Part shown: positions 20,245 through 29,884 of the stretch, in pieces | Numbering within the stretch: the stretch's first letter is position 1 | How the letters are laid out: the number at the start of each line of letters is the position of its first letter | Assembly: GCA_964539665.1 (NCBI GenBank) | Contig: CAZIKB010000002.1 | Location: 3,609-67,608, forward strand | Direction of reading: 5' to 3' | DNA from: an uncultured Cytophagia bacterium | GTDB lineage: Bacteria; Zhuqueibacterota; Zhuqueibacteria; Oceanimicrobiales; Oceanimicrobiaceae | DNA: 64,000 nucleotides | Program-made: the position numbers and the translations under genes | Notes under the pieces: model-generated | Told to the model about the DNA's origin: nothing | Seen by the model: only the letters and a program-made list of their open reading frames with translations | Database searches by the model: none

Positions 20245-20553
20245 ATGCCGACGATACAACCTGCAAATTTTCCAGTTCTAAATCCAGATAAAATTACGGC
20301 TCCAGATGGTAAAAACAGGCCAACTGAAAATCGCCAGTTTGCTATTGTCAATCCTGGCACAAACGATGAGGTTGTACGAACAACACAAAACACAGCGTCT
20401 GTCAGGACCAAAGCACAAAATAATAAAACAGATGATGCAGCTACGGATGCGGCTGAAAAATCCAGAAACAACAAATTATTGTTTTATCATCCCAATAAGA
20501 GTAAAATTAAACAGCCACATAGGCTTGGTCAAATTATTGACATCAAGATATAA
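20245..20553 (+). CDS. Small hydrophilic, low-complexity protein of unknown function inserted between flgC and fliE. It is a paralog of the ORF at 43703-43972.
   Basis: An ATG at 20245 sits 7 nt after the AGGAGA RBS (the ORF track starts 3 nt earlier at a TTG). The product is 102 aa with no TM segment, is rich in N/K/T/Q, and ends ...HRLGQIIDIKI*. It shares the C-terminal G-x-I-I-D-I-x-I motif and several N-terminal blocks with the 89 aa ORF after fliA. Confidence 0.45.
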   Translation: MPTIQPANFPVLNPDKITAPDGKNRPTENRQFAIVNPGTNDEVVRTTQNTASVRTKAQNNKTDDAATDAAEKSRNNKLLFYHPNKSKIKQPHRLGQIIDIKI

Positions 20554-20570
20554 TATTTGAGGATATATAC

Positions 20571-20873
20571 ATGCCAAGAGTAGACCTTATACAAAAAAGT
20601 GCATTTGATGCAATATTAAATCAAAACTCTGCAAATAAGACCAAAGCTGAACCTGTTAAATTTTCTGATACATTAAAAGACATGATTAACCAGGTAAATA
20701 ATAATAAGACCAATTCGGTCAAAGCAGTTGAAAACTTCATAGCCGGCAACGAAGGCAATCTTCACAATGTTATGGCGTCTATGGAAGAAGCCCGGCTCAG
20801 TTTTCAATTTATGCTGGAGATTCGTAACAAGTTACTCGAAACTTACAATGAGCTGATGCGGTTATCAGTTTAA
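20571..20873 (+). CDS. fliE: Flagellar hook-basal body complex protein FliE
   Basis: 100 aa. The C-terminal FliE motif MASMEEARLSFQFMLEIRNKLLETYNELMRL and its position before fliF. Confidence 0.8.
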   Translation: MPRVDLIQKSAFDAILNQNSANKTKAEPVKFSDTLKDMINQVNNNKTNSVKAVENFIAGNEGNLHNVMASMEEARLSFQFMLEIRNKLLETYNELMRLSV

Positions 20874-20897
20874 CTGAACTAAATTGAAGGATAAACA

Positions 20898-22460
20898 TTG
20901 AATAACCAATTTTTTCAATTTTTCAAACAACTATTTGACCAGCTCTCTATTGGTCAAAAAATTGGTCTGGCCACAATTACCATAGGTGCGCTCACTGGTA
21001 TCTTTGCTTTAATGATGTGGGCCAACAGGCCCGACTATGGGCTCTTATATTCAAATCTGGATGCCGGAGATGCTGCTGAAATAGTTGAAGATTTAAAAGG
21101 CCAGAACATTCGGTATCAATTGAAAGACGGCGGCACTACTATTCTTGTCCCAAATAAAGATATCTATGAGTTGCGGATAAAATACGCAGGTCAGAAATTA
21201 ATTTCCCAAGGAACAGTGGGATATGAAATTTTTGACAACAACAATTTCGGCCTGACTGATTTCATGCAAAAAATTAATCTTAAAAGAGCTCTGGAAGGCG
21301 AGCTCTGTAAAACAATAAACGAACTGAATGTAATTCAAAATTCGAGAATACATTTAGTCATGCCTGAGCCAACTCTTTTTACAGAGAATGAAAATAAAGC
21401 CACTGCTTCCGTGATTGTCAAATTAAAAGGGAATGCCATTCTCGACCGAAAACAAACTCAGGGTATTATGCATATGGTTGCTGCCGGTGTCGAAGGACTC
21501 GACGCCGAAAATGTGGTCATTATGGATTCCAACGGCAAAATTTTAACCGATATTGCACCAAACGGAGCCGATTTTGCTTTGAGCAGCAGCCAGCATGAAT
21601 TGAAACAAAAGGTTGAATCCTATTTGACCAATAAAGCCCAAACAATGTTGGATCGAGTACTGGGAACTAACAATGCCATCGTGAGAGTTTCGGCGTTACT
21701 TATATTCGATAAAATATCACGTACCTCAGAACAATATGATCCTGATAATACCGCTATACTCAGTGAAGAGAGAAATGAAGAACGTTCTACCAAACAAGAC
21801 ACATCTTTATTTCAAAGAGAAAATGTAGTGACGAATTATGAAATTAACAAAATCGTGGAGCAGTATGAAAAAAGCGTCGGTGATATTGATCATCTCAACA
21901 TTGCTGTTTTTATAAATGAGGTATATCAGGAAGACCAAAATGCACCAGAAGGCACTGGCGGGACATTTTCTCCCCGGCCTGATGAAGAGATAGCAAACAT
22001 CACAGAAATCGTAAAAAATGCTGTAGGATTTTCCGAGTCGAGAAATGATGCAATTGTTGTGCAGCAATTAGCATTTGATCGTTCCTTAATTGATCGTGAG
22101 AAGAAAGCTTTGACAGAAATTGAAAAAAAAGATGTCCAGAGCCAAATTGTAAAAGCCGGAATCATTTTATTAGGCGGCAGCATTATTTTTTTTCTGATTC
22201 GTTCTATATTTAAAAAGTTCATAAACCCCTTTATAGAATCTGAAGGAAAGAGAGTATTATTAGGGCCAGCTGCTGCTGAAACTGGTGCTGCAAACAAAGA
22301 AATTGATCTTAATGAAGACATCTATTTTAGAAAATTATCTCCACAGGCCAAAGCCAAATTGAAGGCACGAGATGCAGTAACTAAAGAAGTTGCTTCTTTT
22401 ACTCGACAGGATCCAGTACAGGCCGCACGGCTGATGAGATATTGGTTGTTAAATAAATAA
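20898..22460 (+). CDS. fliF: Flagellar MS-ring protein FliF
   Basis: 520 aa with an N-terminal TM segment (IGLATITIGALTGIFALMMW), a YscJ/FliF-type periplasmic domain and a C-terminal TM segment. Confidence 0.9.
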   Translation: MNNQFFQFFKQLFDQLSIGQKIGLATITIGALTGIFALMMWANRPDYGLLYSNLDAGDAAEIVEDLKGQNIRYQLKDGGTTILVPNKDIYELRIKYAGQKLISQGTVGYEIFDNNNFGLTDFMQKINLKRALEGELCKTINELNVIQNSRIHLVMPEPTLFTENENKATASVIVKLKGNAILDRKQTQGIMHMVAAGVEGLDAENVVIMDSNGKILTDIAPNGADFALSSSQHELKQKVESYLTNKAQTMLDRVLGTNNAIVRVSALLIFDKISRTSEQYDPDNTAILSEERNEERSTKQDTSLFQRENVVTNYEINKIVEQYEKSVGDIDHLNIAVFINEVYQEDQNAPEGTGGTFSPRPDEEIANITEIVKNAVGFSESRNDAIVVQQLAFDRSLIDREKKALTEIEKKDVQSQIVKAGIILLGGSIIFFLIRSIFKKFINPFIESEGKRVLLGPAAAETGAANKEIDLNEDIYFRKLSPQAKAKLKARDAVTKEVASFTRQDPVQAARLMRYWLLNK

Positions 22461-22475
22461 CAATGGAATAAAGAA

Positions 22476-23486
22476 ATGGCAAGCTCGGGACTACAATTAA
22501 AAGGCATTGAGAAAGTTGCAGTATTCATCATTTTTTTAGGTGTGGAAAATGCTTCACCTCTATTAAAGACTCTGTCTGAAGAGGAAATAGAAGAAGTGAC
22601 CCTTGAAATTGCAAAGATGAAAAACCTCAATTCCGAAATAATAAGTTCTGTAATTACTGAATTCTGGGAATTGATGCTGGCGCAAAAATATACAACTCAA
22701 GGTGGTTTTGACTTTGCCAAACAAATGCTTGAAAACGCTTTTGGATTAGAAAAAGCTAGAGACTTAATAAATAGAATCAAGTCTGCTACAGAGATAACTG
22801 GATTTAAATTACTTCAATCTATCAAATCCAACGAACTTTTAAATTATCTTCAAAAAGAACATCCGCAGACAGTAGCTCTGATTCTGGCCAACATGCCTAC
22901 AATTCAGGCTGCCGAAATATTAGCTGAGCTGCCTAAAGAAATTCAAGGGGATGTTGCTTTCAGACTGGCTACAATGGGAAAAACTTCACCAGAGCTGCTT
23001 AAAGATATTGAAGAAGCATTAACAAGGCAAATGGGAAGCAGCTTTAGTGGAGAATTAAGTACGAGTGGTGGTGTCAAAGCTGTGGCTGAAATTGCAAATT
23101 CTGCAGGACGGAAAGTAGAAACAAATATATTAGAAATAATTACTCAAAAAGACCCTGAGCTGGCCACTGAAATTAAAAACATGATGTTTGTTTTTGAAGA
23201 CTTATTAGATTTAAGAGATTTAGACGTACAGAAAATTCTAAAAGGCGTCAGCTCCAAAAACCTAGCCATTGCTTTAAAAATTGCTTCTGAAGAATTAAAA
23301 GAAAAAATATTCAGCAATATGTCCACACAAGCAGCACAAGCTTTGGAAGAAGAGTTGGAATATTTAGGTCCGATGCGGTTAAGAGAAGTGGAAGAGGCAC
23401 AAATCAGTGTTGTTGAACACGTCCGGGAATTGGAAGCTCGCGGCGAAATTGTCTTAGGAGACCAAGCCCAGGAAGAATACATATAA
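22476..23486 (+). CDS. fliG: Flagellar motor switch protein FliG
   Basis: 336 aa. The charged C-terminal torque helix region (MMFVFEDLLDLRDLDVQKILKGV...) and the middle domain are typical of FliG. Confidence 0.9.
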   Translation: MASSGLQLKGIEKVAVFIIFLGVENASPLLKTLSEEEIEEVTLEIAKMKNLNSEIISSVITEFWELMLAQKYTTQGGFDFAKQMLENAFGLEKARDLINRIKSATEITGFKLLQSIKSNELLNYLQKEHPQTVALILANMPTIQAAEILAELPKEIQGDVAFRLATMGKTSPELLKDIEEALTRQMGSSFSGELSTSGGVKAVAEIANSAGRKVETNILEIITQKDPELATEIKNMMFVFEDLLDLRDLDVQKILKGVSSKNLAIALKIASEELKEKIFSNMSTQAAQALEEELEYLGPMRLREVEEAQISVVEHVRELEARGEIVLGDQAQEEYI

Positions 23487-23490
23487 TAAA

Positions 23491-24207
23491 ATGTTAATTA
23501 AATCAAAACAAGCAATTAAAAACAACACTATAAAAAAAAGTAAATTTCTACAATATAACTCTCGTGGTCAATTGAATAAGAGTGCAAATATTTTCGGAAA
23601 TGAAAGCGACTCGCAAAACAACATACAGAACTCAGTATCTATTGGAGAGTATGAAAAAGAGCTTCAAAATATCAGGGACACCAGTTTTAATGAAGGGCTT
23701 GCACAAGGTGAAAGTGCTGGTTATGAAAAAGGGCTACAATCTATACAGCCTTATATTGATGATTTCAGTAAATTAATTGATGATATTCAGGTTCAGCAAG
23801 AGGAAGTAATTGCTGAATCTGAAAAATTTATTATTAAATTTGCGCTTAAAATTGTAGAAACAATCATGGGTTCGGCAGAAATAGTAAATGTCATAATTGA
23901 TGAAAAAAAACTGCACTCTATTGTGGAAGAAGCTTTGAACCAATTTCCTGAGTCAACTAAATATATTCTACGCGTTCATAAAGACACGTCTGAATTTTTA
24001 GAGCCATATAAAGGGCAAATAATTGAAAAACTTTCCAGGCCTGCAGCTCTATCCATAATAGAAGACCCTTCTATAAAACCCGGTGAGTGCCTGATTGAAT
24101 CAGAGCATGGTGTTATTGACGCCAGAATTGACTCTCAAATGGAAGAAATAAAGAATCTTTTTACGAAAAAGGATGACGATGACAGTGATTTCAACAGCCA
24201 GACTTGA
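23491..24207 (+). CDS. fliH: Flagellar assembly protein FliH
   Basis: 238 aa. FliH/YscL-like C-terminal domain (GECLIESEHGVIDARIDSQMEEI). It is located between fliG and fliI, and its 3' end overlaps fliI. Confidence 0.7.
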   Translation: MLIKSKQAIKNNTIKKSKFLQYNSRGQLNKSANIFGNESDSQNNIQNSVSIGEYEKELQNIRDTSFNEGLAQGESAGYEKGLQSIQPYIDDFSKLIDDIQVQQEEVIAESEKFIIKFALKIVETIMGSAEIVNVIIDEKKLHSIVEEALNQFPESTKYILRVHKDTSEFLEPYKGQIIEKLSRPAALSIIEDPSIKPGECLIESEHGVIDARIDSQMEEIKNLFTKKDDDDSDFNSQT

Positions 24208-25495
24208 TAAATATCTGAATGATTTGAGATTTATCCGTCCCTATAAATTGATGGGGCAGGTGGATAAAGTTATCGGTCTGGTAATTGAATCCGCTGGTCC
24301 AAAAGTTTCTATCGGTGAGATGTGCTTCGTGACATCCAGGAATGGGAAAAACATTCGGGCGGAGGTTGTAGGTTTTAAAGGAAATAAGGTTTTATTAATG
24401 CCATTAGAAGAGATCATAGGCATTGATCCGGGAAGTTATGTTTCCAAAAGCGACGAACCTTTTTCAATATGTGTTGGCCGAGAACTATTAGGCAGAATTC
24501 TTGATGGCGCAGGCAAGCCTATGGATGGCGATGGCCCTATCACTACTAAATCACGACGACCCGTGCATAACATGCCGCCAAATCCATTACTGAGGAAAAG
24601 AATCAAAAAACAAATTGCTACCGGAGTGCGAGCTTTGGATGGTTTGTTAGCTTGTGGCCAGGGACAAAGAGTAGGTATCTTTGCCGGAAGCGGCGTCGGT
24701 AAAAGTGTGCTGTTAGGTATGATTGCCAGAAACACAAATGCCGACATTAATGTCATTGGCCTTATTGGTGAACGAGGAAGAGAGGTGCGAGATTTCATCG
24801 AAAGAGATTTAGGAGAGGAAGGATTAAAACGTTCAGTTGTTGTAGCTGTGACTTCCGAACAGGCCGCGCTTATCCGTGTTAAAGGCGCTTTAGTAACTAC
24901 AGCAATAGCTGAATATTTCGCCAATTTAGGTTTAAATGTTATGCTTTTGATGGATTCGGTAACACGTGTTGCCATGGCACAACGTGAAGTTGGGCTGGCC
25001 ATTGGAGAACCTCCCACAACTAAAGGCTATACTCCTTCTGTTTTTGCCTTTTTACCGCGTCTATTGGAGCGGGCAGGGAATTTCCAAAAGGGTAGTATTA
25101 CCGGATTATACACCGTGCTCGTTGAAGGGGACGACATGAATGATCCTATCGCGGACTCTGTTCGCGCGATTTTAGATGGACATATTGTTTTATCCAGAAG
25201 GCTTGCTACTGCCGGACATTATCCTGCAATCGATGTGTTACAAAGTATCAGCCGTGTAATGACTGACATTACTTCAAAAGAGCACCAAAATATCTCTGAA
25301 AGAATAAAGGAAATAATGTCGACATATAAAGAATCAGAAGATCTTATAAATATAGGTGCTTATGTTCAGGGTAGCAATGCACGTATTGATCAGGCTATCC
25401 AGCATATTGATCCAATAAACAAATATCTTAAACAGGATATGTCAGAAAAATCACCTTTTGATGAAAGTATTGCAAGGCTGGCAGAAATATTGTAA
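24173..25495 (+). CDS. fliI: Flagellum-specific ATP synthase FliI
   Basis: 440 aa. Walker A GSGVGKSVLLGMIA and Walker B MLLMDSVTRVAMAQREV, with F1/T3SS ATPase-type sequence. The real start may be a few codons downstream of 24173. Confidence 0.9.
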   Translation: MTMTVISTARLDKYLNDLRFIRPYKLMGQVDKVIGLVIESAGPKVSIGEMCFVTSRNGKNIRAEVVGFKGNKVLLMPLEEIIGIDPGSYVSKSDEPFSICVGRELLGRILDGAGKPMDGDGPITTKSRRPVHNMPPNPLLRKRIKKQIATGVRALDGLLACGQGQRVGIFAGSGVGKSVLLGMIARNTNADINVIGLIGERGREVRDFIERDLGEEGLKRSVVVAVTSEQAALIRVKGALVTTAIAEYFANLGLNVMLLMDSVTRVAMAQREVGLAIGEPPTTKGYTPSVFAFLPRLLERAGNFQKGSITGLYTVLVEGDDMNDPIADSVRAILDGHIVLSRRLATAGHYPAIDVLQSISRVMTDITSKEHQNISERIKEIMSTYKESEDLINIGAYVQGSNARIDQAIQHIDPINKYLKQDMSEKSPFDESIARLAEIL

Positions 25496-25527
25496 AACTA
25501 ATTACTAATAAACGAGAAATAGAATTT

Positions 25528-25965
25528 ATGAAAAATATCAATTTTCGTTTGCAAAAAGTATTAGATGTTCGGGAGGGAGTCGAAAAGGAACGCCAGAAAA
25601 ATTTAGCCATTTCAAAACGCAAACTCGAGGACGAACAAAATAAATTGACAGCTACAGAAAATAAAAAAAATGACTTTATTCAGAATATTAATAACCTAAA
25701 GAAAGCAACTGTTTCAAAAATATACGGTCACTATGATTTTTTTTTAACACTCGTCAATAAAACAAGCAAAAATCGTAACAAGGTTGAGTCGTTAGAAAAC
25801 GAAGTTGAACAAAAAAGACAAACTCTGTTAGTCGCTTCAAAAGACAAAAAAATTCTTGAAAAATTAAAAGATAAAAAAATTAAAGAATATATAAAATCAG
25901 AAGACAAAAAAGCTCAATCGATTATTGATGAAATTGCATTAAGGAGTAAAAAGGTTATTAAATAA
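25528..25965 (+). CDS. fliJ: Flagellar export chaperone FliJ (coiled-coil)
   Basis: 145 aa. Entirely charged coiled-coil sequence located immediately after fliI. Confidence 0.6.
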   Translation: MKNINFRLQKVLDVREGVEKERQKNLAISKRKLEDEQNKLTATENKKNDFIQNINNLKKATVSKIYGHYDFFLTLVNKTSKNRNKVESLENEVEQKRQTLLVASKDKKILEKLKDKKIKEYIKSEDKKAQSIIDEIALRSKKVIK

Positions 25966-25984
25966 ATAGCATTTTAGATTATCT

Positions 25985-26584
25985 ATGAAGAAAAATCTGA
26001 TAATATGGAGCTGCATCATAATTTTACCTTTTATTGGTTTTGCAGCAGTTTTTTATTTTAACCGAGATTTTGTTTCAAAATACTCTAATAAAATTTATAA
26101 AACTAATTACGAAGGTGTTCAATCTGACATTTCAACAGAATCCGACTCCGTTGACTCGGCCACGCCTGTTGAGCCTGCTACTGTTGAGTCTGTTACTGTT
26201 GATCCTGTTACTAATGAAATTAATGAACTACTAAACCTACAAAATGAACATGTCGCAAAAATAAAAGAACAAACTGCAACGATAAAAAAGCAGGAAAAGG
26301 AAATAGAGGGATTAACTGCAACGATTGAAGAACTTAAACGGCGAAGAACGTTAGAAATTTCCAATCAAGACAAAAAAAGAATTATAGATTTAGCAAAAAC
26401 ATTAGGTTCAATGAAACAAGAGGCCATTAAACCAATATTAGCGAATTTACCCGATGAAATTATAAAATCATTATATGAAAATGCAAAACCAAAAGATAAA
26501 CCCAAAATATTTAATGCCATGCCTCCAGCAAGAACAGGCAGGCTTATGCGCAAATTAGCAGAGAATGAACTTAATAACAAATAA
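25985..26584 (+). CDS. Flagellar-operon membrane protein (YlxF/FlbB-like position; N-terminal TM, coiled coil, possible MgtE-N-like C-terminus)
   Basis: 199 aa. TM segment IIWSCIIILPFIGFAAVFYF, a VDS-ATPVEPATVESVTVDPVT repeat, then a coiled coil. It occupies the slot between fliJ and fliK, as ylxF does in Firmicutes fla operons. Its stop overlaps the fliK start (TAATG). Confidence 0.35.
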   Translation: MKKNLIIWSCIIILPFIGFAAVFYFNRDFVSKYSNKIYKTNYEGVQSDISTESDSVDSATPVEPATVESVTVDPVTNEINELLNLQNEHVAKIKEQTATIKKQEKEIEGLTATIEELKRRRTLEISNQDKKRIIDLAKTLGSMKQEAIKPILANLPDEIIKSLYENAKPKDKPKIFNAMPPARTGRLMRKLAENELNNK

Positions 26585-28596
26585 TGATGCAGACTGACAC
26601 AATTAAAATTCAAGACCTGATTCAAAAGACAAACAGGGATCATTGTGACAAAAATGATCATAATGGTCTGCAGCTTCCCTCGTCTTTTCAAAATTTATTG
26701 CTAAATCTAAATTCTTCCGACTGGCAGACAGCAAAACCTGCTCTCCCCAACAATAATGGCGGTAAAATAAATTCTCTAGAAACCCTTTCGAAATTTAAAA
26801 AAGCTGACGTAAAGGATACATCAATCGCACTATTAGATGTTCAGAAACTTCGAACACTAAAGGATCTGAAAAATAATATTATATTCGCGTCCGAGGAAAC
26901 AACTAAAAAGAGTCCAGCAATTTCAAAAAACGCGCAAATATCACAAGAGATGACTAAAGCAGACGTGCTTGATAAATCAGCTAAAGCTAAATCTGCAAAG
27001 AAGACGTTATTCGGAGTGGAAGATTCCACTAAGCAGTCAGCGCAAAAAAGCGAAGACGCCACAGCAAAAGTCTTTGCACCCAAAGCTTCGATAGATTCAA
27101 AGTCGGCTGTGATTGAGAACGCAGAAAGACATTCTGAGAATAATAGCGGCATTTCTAATGAAAAGACCTCAAAATCTCAACAGAACGATAAAATACTACA
27201 GAGTTTAAGCAGGACAGAGACAGGCAAGATTGAAGCTCAGAAAACGGCCGCATCTGAATCTCAGCCTTTTGCTCACAAAATATCTCAAACATCGCAGCAA
27301 AGTCGAGTAAATAATACCCAGGAGCTTTTGAATCAAATACTTTTCGAACCGAATGAAAAGAAACCAGTTTCTGAAAAAAGCTCTAAGTCTTCGCCAGATT
27401 TGATCAAAATTAAAGTGCCGAAAAAAGATACTCAAAAGCAATCAACCGATACATCAAAAATCATTGTGGGTAAGTATAGTAATCAATCTGCTCAAAAAGT
27501 CACAAACTCTAATATTAATGCGCAGACCATCGAAAAATCAAATAAGTTAACAACCAGGCCAGAAGAAATTATAGACAATCAGGCAGAACATGAAAATGTT
27601 GCTTCGACTGAAGAACAGCCAACAGAACAAAATATTTCTAAAACGCCGCAGAAACTGACAAAGAATCCTGGATTAATAAATCCAGGCAAGTTTTTCATAA
27701 GACATGATTCTGCAAATAATTTAAAAACGGATTCTGTGAAAAATATCAATGAAGCTCTCCACGCATCTGAACAGGGAAATCCCAAAAAAGGAAAAAATTC
27801 TCTTAAATCAAAATATGGCAAATTATCTAACAAGCCAATAATTGAGGCTCTGAACAAAGCCGTTCAAGATCGGGAACAAGCCTCTTCCCTCTCATCAACT
27901 AAACACAGCAGATCGGATGAAGATAAACCTGAAACTCAAAACGATATCGAAACCTCAGCTGATTTATGTGAAGAAAATATTCATAACAATGAAAGCCATA
28001 CGCGATTTTCGACAAATTCTAAACTTTTTGAAGGATTGTCAGAAAATATTAAACCTAACCACGCGGTAAATTTTGATTCGACGTTATCATTCAACAAGGT
28101 TTCAACACTATTGGGGAATAAGACATCCGGAGCTCCCTTAGTTCAGCGTTCAGTGTTACCAGAAATGCTTCAAAAGATGATTGAAAATGCAAATGCCCGT
28201 TTAACCATGTCTGGTCAGAAGTTAGAAATTTTGTTAGACGTAGAATCCTTGGGTAAATTAGCCATTGATGTTTTGAAACAACAGGAGAAAATTCATCTTC
28301 AGATAAATGTTGAAAATAATGAAGCCAAGCAATGGTTGGAGAATCATATTCGTCCTTTAATTGAACAAATAAATAAGGCAGGCATCGAGGTTGATAAATT
28401 TGAAGTATCGGTTGGTAATCCAAAATTGGAGCAGCAACAACGAGATAAAGAAAATCCGGCTCTGCCAGGTTTCAAAAATAAGAAAAATATTTACAGGATA
28501 AAAGAGAGTAGAAATGATATCTTGCATGATGAAAAAATTCCACCTTACATGTTAAAAAGGAATTTTGGCTACAATACGATTGAAGTATGGATATAA
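26584..28596 (+). CDS. fliK: Flagellar hook-length control protein FliK
   Basis: 670 aa. A long low-complexity S/K/Q/T-rich body followed by a FliK C-terminal (Flg_hook) domain: LTMSGQKLEILLDVESLGKLAIDVLKQQEKIHLQINVEN...LIEQINKAGIEVDKFEV. Confidence 0.75.
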   Translation: MMQTDTIKIQDLIQKTNRDHCDKNDHNGLQLPSSFQNLLLNLNSSDWQTAKPALPNNNGGKINSLETLSKFKKADVKDTSIALLDVQKLRTLKDLKNNIIFASEETTKKSPAISKNAQISQEMTKADVLDKSAKAKSAKKTLFGVEDSTKQSAQKSEDATAKVFAPKASIDSKSAVIENAERHSENNSGISNEKTSKSQQNDKILQSLSRTETGKIEAQKTAASESQPFAHKISQTSQQSRVNNTQELLNQILFEPNEKKPVSEKSSKSSPDLIKIKVPKKDTQKQSTDTSKIIVGKYSNQSAQKVTNSNINAQTIEKSNKLTTRPEEIIDNQAEHENVASTEEQPTEQNISKTPQKLTKNPGLINPGKFFIRHDSANNLKTDSVKNINEALHASEQGNPKKGKNSLKSKYGKLSNKPIIEALNKAVQDREQASSLSSTKHSRSDEDKPETQNDIETSADLCEENIHNNESHTRFSTNSKLFEGLSENIKPNHAVNFDSTLSFNKVSTLLGNKTSGAPLVQRSVLPEMLQKMIENANARLTMSGQKLEILLDVESLGKLAIDVLKQQEKIHLQINVENNEAKQWLENHIRPLIEQINKAGIEVDKFEVSVGNPKLEQQQRDKENPALPGFKNKKNIYRIKESRNDILHDEKIPPYMLKRNFGYNTIEVWI

Positions 28597-28640
28597 TTAA
28601 TAAATAACAAGTCATTCTAAATTTTTGGAGGTAACAAAAT

Positions 28641-29327
28641 ATGATAACCACTGATCCAGTAGGACAGACAAGCTCTCAGGGAATCATCTCAAATTCTCAG
28701 GAAATTTTGGGAAAAGAAGATTTCTTGAAACTATTAATAACCCAAATGACCAATCAGGATCCCATGAATCCGATGACAAGCGAGCAATTTGCCTCTCAGC
28801 TTGCACAATTTAGTTCTGTTGAACAACTTCAAAATATTAATTCCAATTTAGAAAACGCCATGGAAATTGATATTCTGTTAAATCAGGCAATGAACAACAC
28901 TATGGCCACCACTTTGATTGGTAAAAATGTTCGTGCTATAAGTGATGTAACCGCTTTGAATGAAGATGGCAATGCAGATATTTCGTACCGTCTGGACTCT
29001 CCCGCAGATAAGGTAATTGTGGAAATTAAGGACATTAATGGCATTCCCATAAAAACCATTGAACTTTCCGGTCAAGCGGCTGGCGAGCACAGCTACCAAT
29101 GGGATGGTAAAGACGATAACGGCTTTCAACATGCAAAAGGAAATTTCTTCATTTCGGTTATAGCTACGGATTCAAATGGGGCAAGCGTTAATGCGCAAAC
29201 CTATTTAGTCGGTATAATCAACAGCGTTCGATATGATCGGGGAAATGCTGTACTGCGCATAGGTAACTTGGATGTGCAGTTAGCCGATGTTGTAGAAATT
29301 GGCATTAATGAACAGACCTCAGAATAA
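28641..29327 (+). CDS. flgD: Flagellar hook capping / assembly protein FlgD
   Basis: 228 aa. The FlgD N-terminal motif EDFLKLLITQMTNQDPMNPMTSEQFASQLAQFSSVEQL. Confidence 0.85.
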   Translation: MITTDPVGQTSSQGIISNSQEILGKEDFLKLLITQMTNQDPMNPMTSEQFASQLAQFSSVEQLQNINSNLENAMEIDILLNQAMNNTMATTLIGKNVRAISDVTALNEDGNADISYRLDSPADKVIVEIKDINGIPIKTIELSGQAAGEHSYQWDGKDDNGFQHAKGNFFISVIATDSNGASVNAQTYLVGIINSVRYDRGNAVLRIGNLDVQLADVVEIGINEQTSE

Positions 29328-29373
29328 TTTCAATTGCGGAAATTAAATTGCACTATTTTAAAGGTCAGATAAA

Positions 29374-29763
29374 ATGAAAATACCCAAATTACCACAGCCA
29401 GTATTTGTCAATGAAGTAGCTGAAAAAACAAGGACAGCGACAAATACAACAACGAATAAGCATTCTTTTAGAAAAGTTTTAGAGAGTGCTTTAGCCGAAG
29501 AGTCAAATGCTATTAAATTTTCTGCCCATGCCGTGGAGCGGCTTGCGTCCAGAAATATCTCTTTAACCACAAACGATATTGTGAAAATTCAAAATGCGGT
29601 CGGCAAGCTGGAGCAAAAAGGTGGAAAAGATTCGCTGGTTATGATGGGCAGTCTTGCCCTTTTGGTGAGTGTAAAAAATAACACTGTGATAACCGCTCTT
29701 GATAGTATTCAAAAAGAAACAGGCAATGTGTTCACAAATATAGATAGTGTGATTATAATGTAA
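29374..29763 (+). CDS. Small flagellar-operon protein between flgD and flgE (resembles the 'flagellar operon protein' that occupies this slot in many Gram-positive-type fla operons)
   Basis: 129 aa, soluble. The assignment rests on position and the motif SAHAVERLASRNISL...LVMMGSLALLVSVKNNTVITAL. It is a weak assignment. Confidence 0.35.
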   Translation: MKIPKLPQPVFVNEVAEKTRTATNTTTNKHSFRKVLESALAEESNAIKFSAHAVERLASRNISLTTNDIVKIQNAVGKLEQKGGKDSLVMMGSLALLVSVKNNTVITALDSIQKETGNVFTNIDSVIIM

Positions 29764-29884
29764 ATCAACCGGGCTGGACCCCAAATAAAATAAATATTTT
29801 GGGGAGGCCCTCCACTGTGGAATGATAGAAGCAGTGGGAAATAATTAATTAGTATTTAATAATTAACTTGCGAGGGTCATAATT

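Noticed and set aside
19929-20474. Long antisense ORFs overlapping flagellar genes, including 19929-20474, 21926-22321, 24436-25017, 30664-30996 and 8156-8548
   Set aside because: Each lies opposite a confidently identified gene with strong family motifs. They encode low-complexity products and lack an RBS, so they are treated as spurious reading frames.
29333-29348. A sigma-54-like GG-N10-TTGCA upstream of the 29374 ORF
   Set aside because: Only the GG and the TTGC are present (cGGaaa..TTGCa). The TGGCAC core is missing, so the match is weak.
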